64,000 nt of DNA. Origin: the human T2T-CHM13v2.0 reference genome, Homo sapiens. The notes beneath the pieces were generated by a model. The model worked only from the letters and a program-made list of their open reading frames with translations, ran no database searches and was not told the DNA's origin. The stretch is from NCBI RefSeq assembly GCF_009914755.1, contig NC_060943.1. The stretch is one strand, 5' to 3'. The position numbers and the translations under genes were made by a program. Of the stretch, positions 14,129-27,725 are shown piece after piece (the stretch's first letter is position 1; every line of letters begins with the position of its first letter).

Positions 14129-17100
14129 CCTTCCTTTATATTAGGAACAATATCACAAGTGGGGGTGTACACCCCCTGCAATATTAGGAGTAATATTATC
14201 CTCTCTTTTTCTAGATATTAGAACAATATCACAGGGGAAGTATACATTCCCTGTGATATTGCGAGTAATATTCTCTCTCTCTTCTAAATATTTGCAACAA
14301 TATCACAGAAAAGGTGTACAACCCCTACGATATTGGGAGTATTACTATTCTCTTCCCCCTGGATATTAGAAACAATATTACAGGTTAAATGTACACTTCC
14401 TGCGATACTGGGAGGAATATCATTCTCTTTTGCTCTGGATATTAGGAACAATGTCACAAGGGGGATGTACACTCTCTGAGATATTGAAAGTAATTTAATT
14501 ATCTCCCCCCGCCCCCGGCTATTAGGAACAATATCACAGGGGGCGGTGTACACCCTCTGCAATATTTAGAGAAATATAATTCTCTTTCCCCTCGATTTCA
14601 AGAACAATATCACAGGGGATGCGTGTACACCCCCTGCGATATTGGGAGTAATATCATCCTCTGTCCCTCTAAATATTAGGAACAATATCATGGGTGGTGT
14701 ACACACCCTGCGATATTGGCAATAATGTCATCCTCTCCTTTTCTGCATACTAGGAACAACATAATGGGGGAGTGTACACCTCCTGCAATATTAGGAGTAA
14801 TATCATCTTCTTCCGCCATGGTTATTAGGAGCAATATCACAGAAGGTTTTATAACCCCTGTGATATTGGGAGTAATATCATCCTTCCCCCCACGTATATC
14901 CCAGCCTTGATATTAGGAACAATATTACAGGGGAGGTGTATACCCCCTGCTATAAGGGGAGTAACATAATCCCCTTTCTTCCTGGATATTAGGAGTAATA
15001 TCACCCGTTTTCCACCTGAATATTAGAAACAATATCATAGGGAAGGTGTATATCCCCTGAGACATTGGGAGTAATATTATTTTCTCCTCGCTTGGATATT
15101 AGAAACAATATCACAGGGGGTGTGTTCACCCCCTGCGATATTGGGAGTAATATTATCTTCTCTCCTGCGGATATTAGGACAATATCACAAAGGGGGTGTA
15201 CACTCCCTGGAATATTCACACTAACATCATCGTTTACTTCCCTGAATATTAGGGACAATATCACAAGGGGAGACTACACCCCCTGCGATATTGGGTGTAA
15301 TATCATCGTCTCCCCCATGGATATTAAGAACAATATTATCGGAAGTGTGTACACTCTCTGCGATATTTGGACTAATATCATTTTCTCCCAACCTAAATAT
15401 TAACAACAATATCACGGGGGTGTACAGCCCCTGCAATATTGAAAGTAATATTATCCTCTTCCCCCTGGATATTAGTAACAATATCACGGGGGAGGTGTAC
15501 ACCCCTTGCGATACTGGAAGTGATATCATCCTCTCCCAGTCTTGATATTAGAAACAATGTTACAGGGAGGCGTATACCGTCTGCTATAATGGGAGCAATA
15601 TCATCCTCTTTCTTCCTGGATATTAGGAGAAATATCACAGGGGTTGTGTACAACCCCTGCGATATTGAAAGTAACATCATCTTCTTTCCCTCTGAATATT
15701 AGGAACGATATGATGGGGAAGGTGTACACCCCCTGCGGTATTGAGAGTGATATCATTTTCTCCTCGCTTGGATATTAGAAACAACATCACAGGAGGGGTG
15801 TACACCCACTGCGATATTGGGAGTAATATAATCCTCTCCCACCCCTGGATATTAGGAACAATATTAGAATATTAGGAAGGTGTACACTCCCTGGAATATT
15901 TACAGTAATATCATCCTTTCCTTCCCAGGATATTAGGAAAAATATCATTTTCTCCCAACCTAAATATTAATAACAACATCATAGAGGGTGTACAGCCCCT
16001 GCAATATTGAAAGTAATATCATCCTCTACCTCCCTGGATATTAGGAACAATATCACAGGGCATGTACACCTCCTGCGATATTGGGAGTAATGGCATCCTT
16101 TCCCATCCTTGATATTAGAAAAATATCAGAGAGGGGGTACACACTCCCTGCAAAAATTGAAAGTAATATCCTCTCCACCGCTGGATATTAGGAGCAATAT
16201 AACGGGGGAGGGCCTGTATACACCCTGCAATATTGGGAGCAATATTATTTTCTCCTTCACTGGATTTTAGGAACAATATCACAGTGTGGGTGTAAACCCC
16301 CTGCGATATTGGGAGTAACAACATCCTCTTTCCCCATGGATATTAAATACAATATCACAGGAGGGGTGTACACTCTCTTCGATATTGGGAGTAATATTCT
16401 TCTTTCTTTTCCTTGATGTAAGGAACAATATCAGAGGGGGGTGTACACCACCTGCAATATTGGGAGTAATATCATCCTTTCCCTTTCTGGATATTAGGAA
16501 CAATATCACAAGAAATGTGTACACTGGCTGCAATACTGGAAGTAATATAATCCTCTCCCTTCCTGGATATTAGAAACAATATCCCAAAAGGGATGTACAC
16601 TCCCAGCGATATTGAAAGTCATATAATCGTCTGCTTCCCTGGATATTATGAAGAACATCACAGGGTGGGTGTCCACTTTCTGCGATATTGAGAGTAATAT
16701 CTTCCTCTCTCCTCCTGAATATTACGAACAATATTGCATGGAGGATGTACCTCCCTTGCGATATTGGGAGTAATATCCTCCTCTCTCCCCCTTGATATTA
16801 GGAACAATATCATGGGGGAGTAGTGTACACATCCTGCGATATTGGGACTAATGTCATTTCCCCCCACTCGGATCATAGGAACAATGTAACAGGGAAAGTG
16901 CACACCCCCTGTGATATTGGGGGTAATATCATCCTCTCCCGCCCTGGATATTAGGAACAATATCACAGGGCGTTGTACTCCTTCTGCGATTTTAGGAACA
17001 ATATCATACTGTCCCCTTTTGTATATTAGGAACAAATCACAGGGTTGTACGCCCCCTGCGATATTGAGAGTAATATTGTCCCATTCTCCCCTGTATATTA

Positions 17101-17412
17101 AGAACCATGTCACAGAGTGTGTGTACACCCCCTGCCATATTCTGAGTAATATCATCCTCTCCCCCTCCTGATATTAGGAACAATATCATAGGCATGGGTA
17201 CACACCCTGCAATATTAAGAGTAATATCATCCTCTCCCTCCCTGGGTGTTATATCATCCTCTCTTCCACTGGATATTAGGAACAATGTCACAGAGAGTGT
17301 GTACACCCGTGTGATATTGAAAGTAATATCATCGTCTCCCTCCCTGGATATTAGGAATCCAAAGTCTTTTCCACAGCATTCTAATCCACATGGATCATTC
17401 TCAAAAATAGAT

Positions 17413-17616
17413 CACATGGACACAGGGAGGGGAACATCACACACCAGGTCCTGTCAGAGGGTGGAGGTTAGGGGAGGGATAGCATTATGAGAAGTACCTA
17501 ATGTAGATGACAGGTTAATGGGAGCAGCAAACCACCATGGCACGTGTATACCTATGTAACAAAACTGCACGGTCTACACATGTACCCCACAACTTAAAGT
17601 TTAATAAAAAAAAAAA
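17413..17616 (+). mobile_element. Nested L1PA 3' end
   Basis: ggacacagggaggggaacatcacac...ggagggatagcatt...aacttaaagt and poly(A). Confidence 0.9.
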
Positions 17617-18151
17617 GTAGACCATATGTTAGGTCACAAAACACATCTTAAAATGTGAAAAAAAATTGAAATAATATCAAGCATCTTCTTGAACCATAGT
17701 GGAATAAAACTAGAAATTGATCACAAGAGGTATTTTGGAAACTATGTAAGTACATGGAAGTTTAAAAATATGCTCCCAAATGATCAGTTGCTCAATGAAG
17801 AAATTAAGAAAAATATTGAAAAATTTCTGACACAATTGATAATGGAAACACAACATAACAAAGCCTATGAGATACAGCAAAAGCAGAACTAAGAAGGAAG
17901 TTTATAGCTGTAAGTGGTTACATCTTATGACATAATGAGGACATGCTTACGTCTTATGGTGTAGAGAGGAAGAACTTCAAATAAACAATCTAACAATGCA
18001 CATTAAAGAGCTAGAGAGGCAATAAGCATACCAAAGCTAAAATGAGAAGAAGATAGAATAAAGCTTAGAGTTTAAATAAATAAAATGGAAATAAAAAATA
18101 CAGAAATCAATGAAAGAAGAAGTTGATTTCTTGAAAATTTAAACAAAATTA

Positions 18152-18550
<399 letters not shown>

Positions 18551-19722
18551 TCAAATGACGATTAGAGGCTACAATGGGCAATTATGTGCCAATAAATTTG
18601 AAAATCTAAAAGAAATGGACAAATTCCTAGATACACACAGCCTACCAAGATTAAATAAGGAACAAATTCAAAACATGAATAGACCAATAACAAGTAACGA
18701 GATTGAAGCCATAATAAACAGCCTTCCACTAAAGAAAAGCCCGGGGCCCAATGACTTCACTTCGGAATTCTACCAAATATTTAAAGAACCAACACCAGTC
18801 TTATTCAAATTATTCTAAAAAATAAAAGGGGATGGAACACTACTACCCAGATACCAAAACCAGACATAGACACATCAAAACAAACAAACAAACAAACAAC
18901 AAAACAAAGAAAAAAGAAAAAAAAAGAAACTGCAGGCCAATATCTCTGATGAATATTGATGCAAAAATCCTCAACAAAATACCAGCAAACGGAATTCAAG
19001 AATGCATTAAAAATTCATTTGTCATGATCAAGTGGAATTCATGCCCAGGATGCAAGGACAGTGCACCATATGGAAATCATCAACATGATACATCATATCA
19101 AGAGAATGAAGGACAAAAAGCATATGATCGTTTCAACTGAAACTGAAAAACGTTTGATAAAGTTCAACATCACTTCATAACAAAAACCCTGAAAAAACTA
19201 CATACACAGGGAACATACCCCAACATAATAAAAGCCATAAATGACAGATGCACAGCTAATATCATACTGAATGAGGAAAAATGAAAGCCTTTCCTCTAAG
19301 ATCTGGACGATAACAAGAAATAATGCAGCGCTTGAGGACATTTTTTATTCTTCTCTGTTTCTCTCGCTAAAGCATTTCCTACACAATATTTGGTCTCTGA
19401 ACCATGGGGCAGAATGGTTATTTTGCTTTGTTAATTTTATAGACACTTAAACTTAACAGGGTTCACCACTCCATACCAAAATTTGGTGAACCCCAAGGAC
19501 CAAATCACATTATTGGAAGTAACAGTGAAACCCAAGCACACTTCCCACACACTGAAAATGCTGAGTTTGACCTGAGTCCTAGTATCCCAGCCAAGAGGGT
19601 TCCCAAAAGAAATGAATCCTCTAGGGCTTGCCACTAGGAGCCTTCTGTTGTCTTTCTGAGTGAGGGATAGGGTGCACAAGAAAGTTTTCTTCCACCTTCT
19701 TCTTTTTTTGTGTATGAGAAAG

Positions 19723-20320
19723 TGTTGGAAATAATTGCTTCTTCTTCAGTGCTGCAAGGAAGAATCAGCATTTAGACCAAAAGTTTTCTCAGCAAGACAA
19801 CTTTAATTTCTTTAGAAAGGGTGTTGCTCATCAGCTGAGAGCACCCCAAACAAAGGGAGACAGGAATATTTATCTGTTAAGCATGAGGTCGCTACTGCTG
19901 TGTGCTATCTCCATTGGCTGGGGTTGGACCTCACAGTCTATGCTACATCCAACTGGCTAAGAACCTAAAACTGTCCTCAATAGGTAAAGATAGTGGAGAC
20001 AAAGAAAAAGAGGAAGTTGCTTACAAGAATGCTTATAGGAGTAACAGCATTTCCCAATAAGGAAAGGATATAAGGTATGGGCTGGAACATGCCTGGGCAC
20101 ATTCACGCATGCCTGAGCTTGCTAGAACAAGCACTGAGGTTAGAGTATAAATATATATAATATGCTTCTTCCATTACTCTTGCCTCATAAAGCTTAACAA
20201 AGATTTACTACCATCAAATAAAGAAGCTTGAAGAAAGTGAGTTTCAAAGAGGATATATTAATTCCAACATTTATGATTTAAAGAAGAAAACTTTGAAGAG
20301 GAATGTTTTTATTTTCCACA
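19723..20320 (-). mobile_element. Probable ERV1-class solo LTR
   Basis: tgttggaaataa...tttctcagcaag...agaaagggtg resembles the reversed U5 of MER4-group LTRs; subfamily uncertain. Confidence 0.5.
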
Positions 20321-20598
20321 GACAGATTATCACTCTAATGCCTAGGCTAGAGTGCAGTGGCATGATCTTCGCTCATTACAAACTCTGGCTCCCAGATTCA
20401 AGTGATTCTTGTGCCTCAGCCTCCCAAGGAGTTGGGATTACAGGCATGTGCCACAATAACTGGCTATTTTTGTATTTTTAGTAGAGTTGGGGTTTCTGCA
20501 CATTGCCCAGGGTGGTCTCAAGCTGCTGGCCTCAAGTGATCCACCCAACTGGGGCTCTCAAAGTGCTGGGATTACAGGCTGAGCAACTGTGCCTGGCT
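20321..20598 (-). mobile_element. Alu (AluJ-like)
   Basis: Diverged antisense Alu ending aaagtgctgggattacagg...cctggc. Confidence 0.9.
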
Positions 20599-22474
20599 GA
20601 AAGTGTCCATTCTAAAGATAGCAAAGGCAATGATTTTGTATCACTTCAGAATCCTTCCTTGAATGTTAGGCAGACTTCCTCACCCACTATCCCTGATTTG
20701 ATTTGTGTATCCTTGCTAATGGGGGTTACAGCTATTAATTTTATTTTTGTAATTGCCATTGTTTGGCTATTTGGTGACACATAGTTCTTGTTAACTGGTG
20801 GTTGTCAATTTGAAGAATCCAAGAGCAGGTGGAGATGCCTCAGGATGAAAATAGAAAGCCTCCAGACCTGGGAGAAAGAAGGGTGTATACACCTCCCGAA
20901 AGGTAGATGGGGGGCAGTGTACTTGCACAACTCACTCTCCAGAATGGGCTTGGCAGTGTCCCAGTGGAAGACTATGGTAGATGATCAAGAAAACAAAAAG
21001 TCTGCGGAAGGAGTTGAGGGTCGCAGAGGGAGGAGAATCTATTGCAGAATACACAGTGCAGACAGAATACTCAAGGGCATGGATGAAGTGTCCTTACAAT
21101 GAGGGCTGAGGGTCTGAGAATTGGATATGAGGCCATTCAGGAGAGGATGGGAGTCTGAATCTGTTTTCTGCTTAGAAGTCCCTCCAGGACACCAGCTTGA
21201 GACAAAGGTTGGAGGTATAGGCATTGCAGGATGAGGGTCAGCCTTTTCCAGTGGCCAGGTCTGGCAAAGGTAAGATGAGAGCAGCTTGCTGTCAATGTGG
21301 CTCTGGCTTGGGTATTGTGAGCATTGTCAGGGAAGGCTACAGAGAGTCAGATGAGACCTGCAGGAGCCCATGGCCTCCTAGAGACAAGGCATCAATTTAG
21401 CTAGGTGTTATAGTGTCACCACTATGACCTGGGAGTTACAGTGTCACCACTAGAGACCCAACAGCAGGATGTGGAACTGAGAAGTGGTTGATTGGTTGTT
21501 CATGGGCAGGAATATGTGGGTGTTTTGGTTTGAGTAAAGAGTGGGCACACCTTAGAGAATGAAGCCCCCAAAACACCAGAAAATTGGACAGGGTAGGGAG
21601 CCTAGGTCCTGGATGGCTGGGGGCAAGCTCCAGGTGGAGTGTAACTCTGAGGGCATCAGATATTTTCTGACTCAGTTGTCATATGGGCCATATGGCACAT
21701 ATATGGCACATAGGGAACATATTGCACACTTCTCTTGCAGTAGCCTGCTAGTGGGTGGACAATATCCTGTGCACTGAACAGAGGCAGCAAGTGAGCAGAA
21801 CAACTCATCATGACGGCTTTTTGTCCTTGTCTCCATGCAAGCCAGGTGTTATTTCTGTGGTTTCGGACGTTGGTATTGATGCACGGTTTTTTAAAAGGGG
21901 AGGCTAAAGTCCCAGAGTTTGGTAGACTGCACCTCTCCAGATGAGATTTTAAGAGCCCCCGATTTTCACACATGGGGAGAGTGATTGCCCTCACAAACTC
22001 TTCCTCCTCATTGTGGTTTCTAGGTTTTCACTTTGTCAGACATTTTGAGTTTCGATCACAAACACTCCACGTTCACATCACCCATGCATGCTGCCCACCC
22101 GTATCCACAAGGCTGCTGTGTCTACTCTGCTCCTGTTTTCCAAAGCACCCCTTCCATCAGGAAATGTGCCTTCCATTCCTAGGGATGTCATGATTCCCAG
22201 CTTTCATATCTCCTCACAGAGGAGGTTCCCAAATTACTCTGGGTTCTCAGTCCAGAAGTTGAGCCTTTAAAACCCTTTTCTGTCATATGGTCAGTCCGTT
22301 GCAGGGTGCAGCCCCTCAGCAGCCAAGATTCCCTGTGGATAGCTCTTCAATCTGATTGCCTGGGCTTTCTCCATCATGAAACCTTTCATCTCCTTGGTCC
22401 TTGTCACACACCCTGAACCCCAAAATAGAAAAGCCACAACAGAATGAAGTAGATGAGAAACAATCTCCTTGTTT

Positions 22475-23119
22475 ATAATTCCGTTTATTTCCTCACATAC
22501 CAGCCAAGCTTCTCAGTCAGGCAGACACAATAGATGGAATGGCAAGGGAAGTGAAGAGTGGAGGCTGCATCCCTTCAGCCGCCAGCTGATGTTCTGCTTA
22601 TTTCGCATACCGGAACTCCCAGGCGTCCTCAAACCACAATCACAGTTGTTGGTTCCAGAAACATCTTCTTTGGAAAAACATGTGACATCAGTTTCCTCAG
22701 AGTCTTCCGGACAATCCAGTCACACAGAACTGACAAAACCTTGTCAGGTGAGAAGATAAGGATCTTCTTCAATACAGAATATGTCAACATCTCCTTCTGA
22801 ATAGTTCCGTTTATTTGCTCACATACCAGCCAAGCTTCTCAGTCAGCAGGCACAATAGACTGAATAGGAAGGGAAGTGAAGAGTGAAGTCTGGATCCGTT
22901 TAGCCTCCAGCTGATGTTCTGCTTATTTCCTGTACTGGAACTCTCAGAAGTCCTCAAACCACAATCACAGTTGTTGGTTCCAGAAACATCTTCTTTGGAA
23001 AAACATGTGACATCAGTTTCCTCAGAGTCTCCCGGACAATCCAGTCACGCAGAACTGACAAAACCTTGTCCAGTAAGAAGGTAAGAATCTTCTTCAATAG
23101 AGAATACGTCAACGTCTCC
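22475..23119. repeat. Tandem duplication, 2 x ~320 bp
   Basis: 22475-22794 and 22801-23119 are near-identical, e.g. aaaccacaatcacagttgttggttccagaaacatc. Confidence 0.95.
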
Positions 23120-23274
23120 GTGAACGAAGAGATCTGCTGGTTCCAAGGACTTGTCGTGGATTTCTGTCCTAGATACTTTCTTCCGTAATTCAAGATAAAG
23201 AAAATTACAATCTCTGCTGTCCATTCCATCGCTTTTCCCTTCAGAATCATAATCAGAGAATCCTTGCAGAACGT
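22954..23274 (-). CDS. Candidate 106-aa small helical protein, family copy A (ACG start; first ATG at 23250)
   Basis: Open frame TFCKDSLIMILK...LLKKILTFLLDKVLSVLRD...EPTTVIVV*; collinear with three paralogs; promoter upstream and AATAAA at 22810-22815 downstream. Confidence 0.5.
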   Translation of the reverse strand, partial: TFCKDSLIMILKGKAMEWTAEIVIFFILNYGRKYLGQKSTTSPWNQQISSFTETLTYSLLKKILTFLLDKVLSVLRDWIVRETLRKLMSHVFPKKMFLEPTTVIVV

Positions 23275-23309
23275 CGTGAGTGTGCTCTCAGCTGCAATCA
23301 CCAGAAGGA

Positions 23310-23410
23310 CTCTTCACACTCGGTGAGTCCTCCTCATTTTATAGAAGCCAAAGCAGTGACGTATGCTCACCCCTCCCGCCCCCAGGAGAGAGGTTGCTGG
23401 CCAATGAGCT
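23310..23410 (-). promoter_or_regulatory. Pol II promoter: NF-Y CCAAT, GC box, CRE-like site, TATA
   Basis: ggccaatgag 23399-23408, cccgcccc 23375-23382, tgacgta 23357-23363, TATAAAA on - strand 23343-23337, in canonical order and spacing. Confidence 0.7.
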
Positions 23411-24074
23411 TGAGCTTCGTCATCCTTCCAAGCCCCACCCAGTTCCTTTGCTTCCCTTTCACCAACTTTGACTGAAATGAATAGGTTACAACCTTTAGCT
23501 TTCTGCCCCTTGGAAAACGGAAGCATTTAGACATCCGTATTAATATTTGGATCTAGAGTGTTCGTGTTTTAGCACTTCCTTTTTTGAAAGGAGAAGCAGA
23601 CGTGTTGTGTTTTTAGGAACACTTCCAAGAAGTTTCTCCTCCTCTATGATGAAACCAACACAAGAAAGCCAAAAGGGCGTTTAACCCCTTGAAGCACTGA
23701 GAGTTTCCCTGCTGATATTCTTAGACTGTTCTTTTTCTAAAACGAGAAAGAGGTAAGTTCTCTTTTTTTTTTTACACTGCCCAAAACTCTCTCTGCTCAG
23801 TGCTGGGCACTGGAAAACAATGGCCCTCTCTCTGGAAACCACTATCTGCCATCTCAAGGGCCCACTACAGGTCTGCCCAGCATTTTCATCCCTTCCTCAA
23901 GTCTGGTGCCCAGGACCCTCCTCTGCTCTGACAGCCAGGCAGCAGCACTCAAACTCCCCTCCCCTCTTAGCCTTCATACCTTCAGCTGCACTTCTGCCTC
24001 TGCAGTGTCAGGATGACCTCCCCTTCCTCCTGTCCTTCCTCATTCTTAAGACTTCCTACCCCTTCTGGATTAAT

Positions 24075-24735
24075 TTATGGAAAACCTAAATAATCTCTTT
24101 CAAATTTTAGCCCACTTTTTACATGTAGATTGTTTTATAAGATGAATTTTAACAAACCTTTTCTAAGTTGTTCAACCATTTTCTTTTGTCTTTTTGTTAT
24201 TTTATTTCCTGAATTTAAAATATTTGAAAACCTCTAAACTTGACAAAACTAATTTTTTCATAAAAGCTATGTTCTCATGTCCTTTTATAAACTTTGACTT
24301 AAAATATATTTTACTTGTTCAGTCAGATTTGTGTGTGAAAATTTTTAAGTAGCTTTAGATACAAATATTAATTATAATGGTAACTCTTAAGTATGCATTT
24401 TTAGTAAACCACTTAGGAGACAACCAATTTTAATTATGTCCTTGATGTAGAGCTTAAAGAAAAAGATGGAGCTGTAGAAAACATCTTAGTCTTGAAATAT
24501 CTTACTCTTCCCAGTATAAGGGGGGGCATGGCCCTATTTCACAGGTGCCCAGGCCTTAGCTAGAAATGGATGGTTCCAAGACATGTCAAAAAACTGTTTG
24601 AAAGGTTTTAGAAGTTGTTAATGACATGAAAATATTTAGTAAAGGCAGTATTTGATCTGTCTAATTTGGATCCAATATCTAAACTCTGAAGACATATTTA
24701 TTTTATTTTGCTAATTTTAAAAGTGGCTTTATTTT
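24075..24735. mobile_element. MER4-group ERV internal fragment, part of duplication unit B
   Basis: AT-rich; paralogous to ~33000-33610 and ~39810-40270. Confidence 0.55.
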
Positions 24736-24739
24736 TTAA

Positions 24740-27203
24740 AATAATGTTTATGTTTCTTTCAATAGTGTGTGGAATATATGTGGTTTTTGGTTATGTGGAT
24801 AAAAGTTCCTTAGTGGTAATTTCTGAGATTTTGAGGCATCTGTCTCCTGAGCAGTGTATAATATACCCAATATGTCATCATTTATTCCTCATCCCCCTCC
24901 CAACCTTTCCCCGAGTCCCCAAGTCCATTATATCATTCTTATGCCTTTGCATTCTCATAGCTTAACTCTCATTTAAAAGTGAAAACATTCAATATTTGAT
25001 TTGCCATTCCTCAGTTACTTCACTTAGAATAATGGCTTCCAGTTCCATCCAACTTGTTGCAAAGGACATTATTTTGTTCCTTTTTATTATCAAGTATTAT
25101 TCCATGGTGTACCACATTTGCTTTATCCACTCGTTCGTTGATGGGCACTTAAGTTGGTCCCATATCACTGCAATTGCGAATCGGCTGCTATAAACATCCA
25201 TATTCTTGTGTCTTTTTTATGGAATAACTTCTTTTCCTTTGGGTAGATAGCCAGTAATGGGATTGCTGGAATGAATGGTCTACTTTTAGTTCTTTAAGGA
25301 ATCCCCATACTGTTTACCATAGTGGTCGGACTAGTTTAAATTCCCACTAGCAGTGTCAAAGTGCTCCCTTTTGACCACATCTATGCCAACATCTATTGTT
25401 TTCTGACTTTTAAATTATGGGCTTCTAGCAAGATTAAGATAGCATCTCATTGTGGTTTTGTTGTGGGATTTAGGAGGATGAGAGAGAGGCTTTGGGTTAA
25501 AACAGGAGAATCTTTTATTGAGTGCTCTCAGGCCCAGCAGACTCACGTCCAAAGACAGGGCCTGGAACAAAGACAGCACTTGACTTTTATACACACTTCA
25601 CAAAAGGGGGTGGGCCAGCTTGAAGCAAGCTTACAGTGGTGTGAAAGCAGGGATACAGAGGCAGGAAAAAGACAGTTAATCAAATTGTAACAGGTTCATA
25701 ACTCAGGATTGCACATAACTGTTGCTATGCAACCCAGATGTCTATTATCTAGGTTTTGCTCTAAAGAGGCTTGCATTGGTTTATCTTCACTATGGTGCCT
25801 AGAGAGCTGTAGTTCAGGCCTGCTCAGGCTTCTCATGACCTTTGCCATACTTCTTAGATAAAACAGAATACTTGAAGTTACTAGTTAAAGAGAACAAGAA
25901 TCTATAAACTCATACCATAAAACAAAGGAAAATTTGTTTTTCTTCTCCCTACATTGAAGGAGTGCTGGAAGAGTCTCCAGAATACAATAAATAATATTAT
26001 CAAGACTTTTCCTGGGTCTGGGCTGTGCCTGTTGCTGCCTCTGGGACAAGTTAGCTTAATACAAGAAAGCTTATTTCCCTTTCTTTTTAATTTTATTTTT
26101 CTTTAATTTCCCACCTCAGTTTTACTTTGCATTTCCCTGAGAATTTTTAATAAGTAAAATACTTAGAAATATACTTAACCAAGTAGGTTAATGTAAGTTT
26201 CCTACAAGGAAAACTACAAAATAGTGCTGAAAGAAATCACAGTTGACACAAACAAATGGGAACACATTATAAGCTTATGAATAGGTAGAATCAATATTGT
26301 GAAAGTGACCATACTCTCCAAAGCCATCTACAGAGCAGTAGAATTCTCATCAAAATATCATCATTCTCCTTCCCAGAACTAGAAAAAAGAATCCTAAAAT
26401 TTATACAAAACCAAAAACGTGACCGCATATCCAAAGCAATACTTTGCAAAAAGAACAAATCTGAAGGCAGGCTTTAAATTATACTACAAGGCTACAATCA
26501 CCAAAATAGCATGATACTGGTATAAAATATGCACATAGAGCAATAGAACAGAATAGAGAACCCAGAAATAAAGCCAAATGCTTACAGACAACTAATCTTC
26601 AACAAAGTACACAAAAACATTAATTGGGGAAAGGATACTTTATTCAATAAATGGTGCAGGAAGTATAAAAATAGGCACATAGAGCAATGGAACAGAATAG
26701 AGAACCCAGAAATAAAGCCAAATGCTTACAGACAACTAATCTTCAACAAAGTATGCAAAAACACTAATTGGGGAAAGGACACTTTATTCAATAAATGGTG
26801 CAGGAAGTATAAAAATAGGCACATAGAGCAATGGAACAGAATAGAGAACCGAGAAACAAAGCCCGGTACTTTCAGTCACCTGATCTTTAACAAAGCATAT
26901 AAAAACTTCCATCTAAGACCTGAAAGTCTAAAAATGCTACAAGATAGCATCCAAAAAGCTTTTCTAGACATTGGCTTAGGCCAAGTAGTCATGACTAATG
27001 CCCCAAAAGCAAACGCAAAAATATAAAAATAGAATAAGATCAATAGGACCTAATGAAACCGAAAATCTTCTGCAAGGCAGAAGAAATATCAGCAGGGTAA
27101 ACACACAACCCACAGTATAGGAAACAGTAGTCACAAACTAGGCATCTGACAAAGGACTAATGTCCAGACTCCAAAGGAACTGAAAGAAATCAGCAAGAAG
27201 AAA
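24740..27203. mobile_element. L1 (old L1PA/L1PB) with 5' inversion
   Basis: 3' end antisense at 24740-26140; ORF2 segment sense at ~26150-27203; internal ~143-bp triplication. Confidence 0.8.
25459..26118 (-). mobile_element. ERV1 solo LTR nested in L1
   Basis: Minus strand tgaggtgggaaa...cccacaaca; 4-bp TSD gttt splits L1 ctcattgtggtttt|..tttgcatttccctga. Confidence 0.8.
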
Positions 27204-27227
27204 AGGTGCCATTTACCACCTTCCTGA

Positions 27228-27536
27228 CTCATTGGCCAGAACCAATGTTAGTGGAATTAACATATGCCCCACCCCAAGTGACTTCTAAAGGGCTAACTCA
27301 CCACAAGGGAGTCAGAGCAGATCTTGGACTGAGACCTACAGGACACAGGTACTGCTTTTTCTCTTTTATTTGTTTTAAATTTTATTTATGTTTTTAGATC
27401 AAATAGTTCAGATTGCATTGGTTTTTAATCTGCTGTTGTTGGATTAACATATGCTTTAAGCGACTCTTAAATAGGTGGCTCACCAGGAGAAAGGCATAGC
27501 AGAACCTGGACTGAGACCTACGGGAGACAGGTATTG
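27228..27536 (+). promoter_or_regulatory. Promoter and non-coding exon 1 of copy B, tandemly duplicated
   Basis: ctcattggccag at 27228; two ctcacc...ggactgagacctac blocks ending in CAG|GTAYTG donors at 27349 and 27531. Confidence 0.55.
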
Positions 27537-27725
27537 CTTTTTCTCTTCTAATCATTTTAAATTTAATTTACCATCTTTCATCAAATAGCTCCGATCATAT
27601 CATTATTTTTTCTTTTCTGTTTTGTTGGTGGTTTTATTGGTGGAGTTTTATTTTACTATTTTAGAAAAGCAGTCTTTTAAAAAAGACTTTTAAAAAGTTT
27701 TATTACTCTTTTTTTTAAAAAAATT

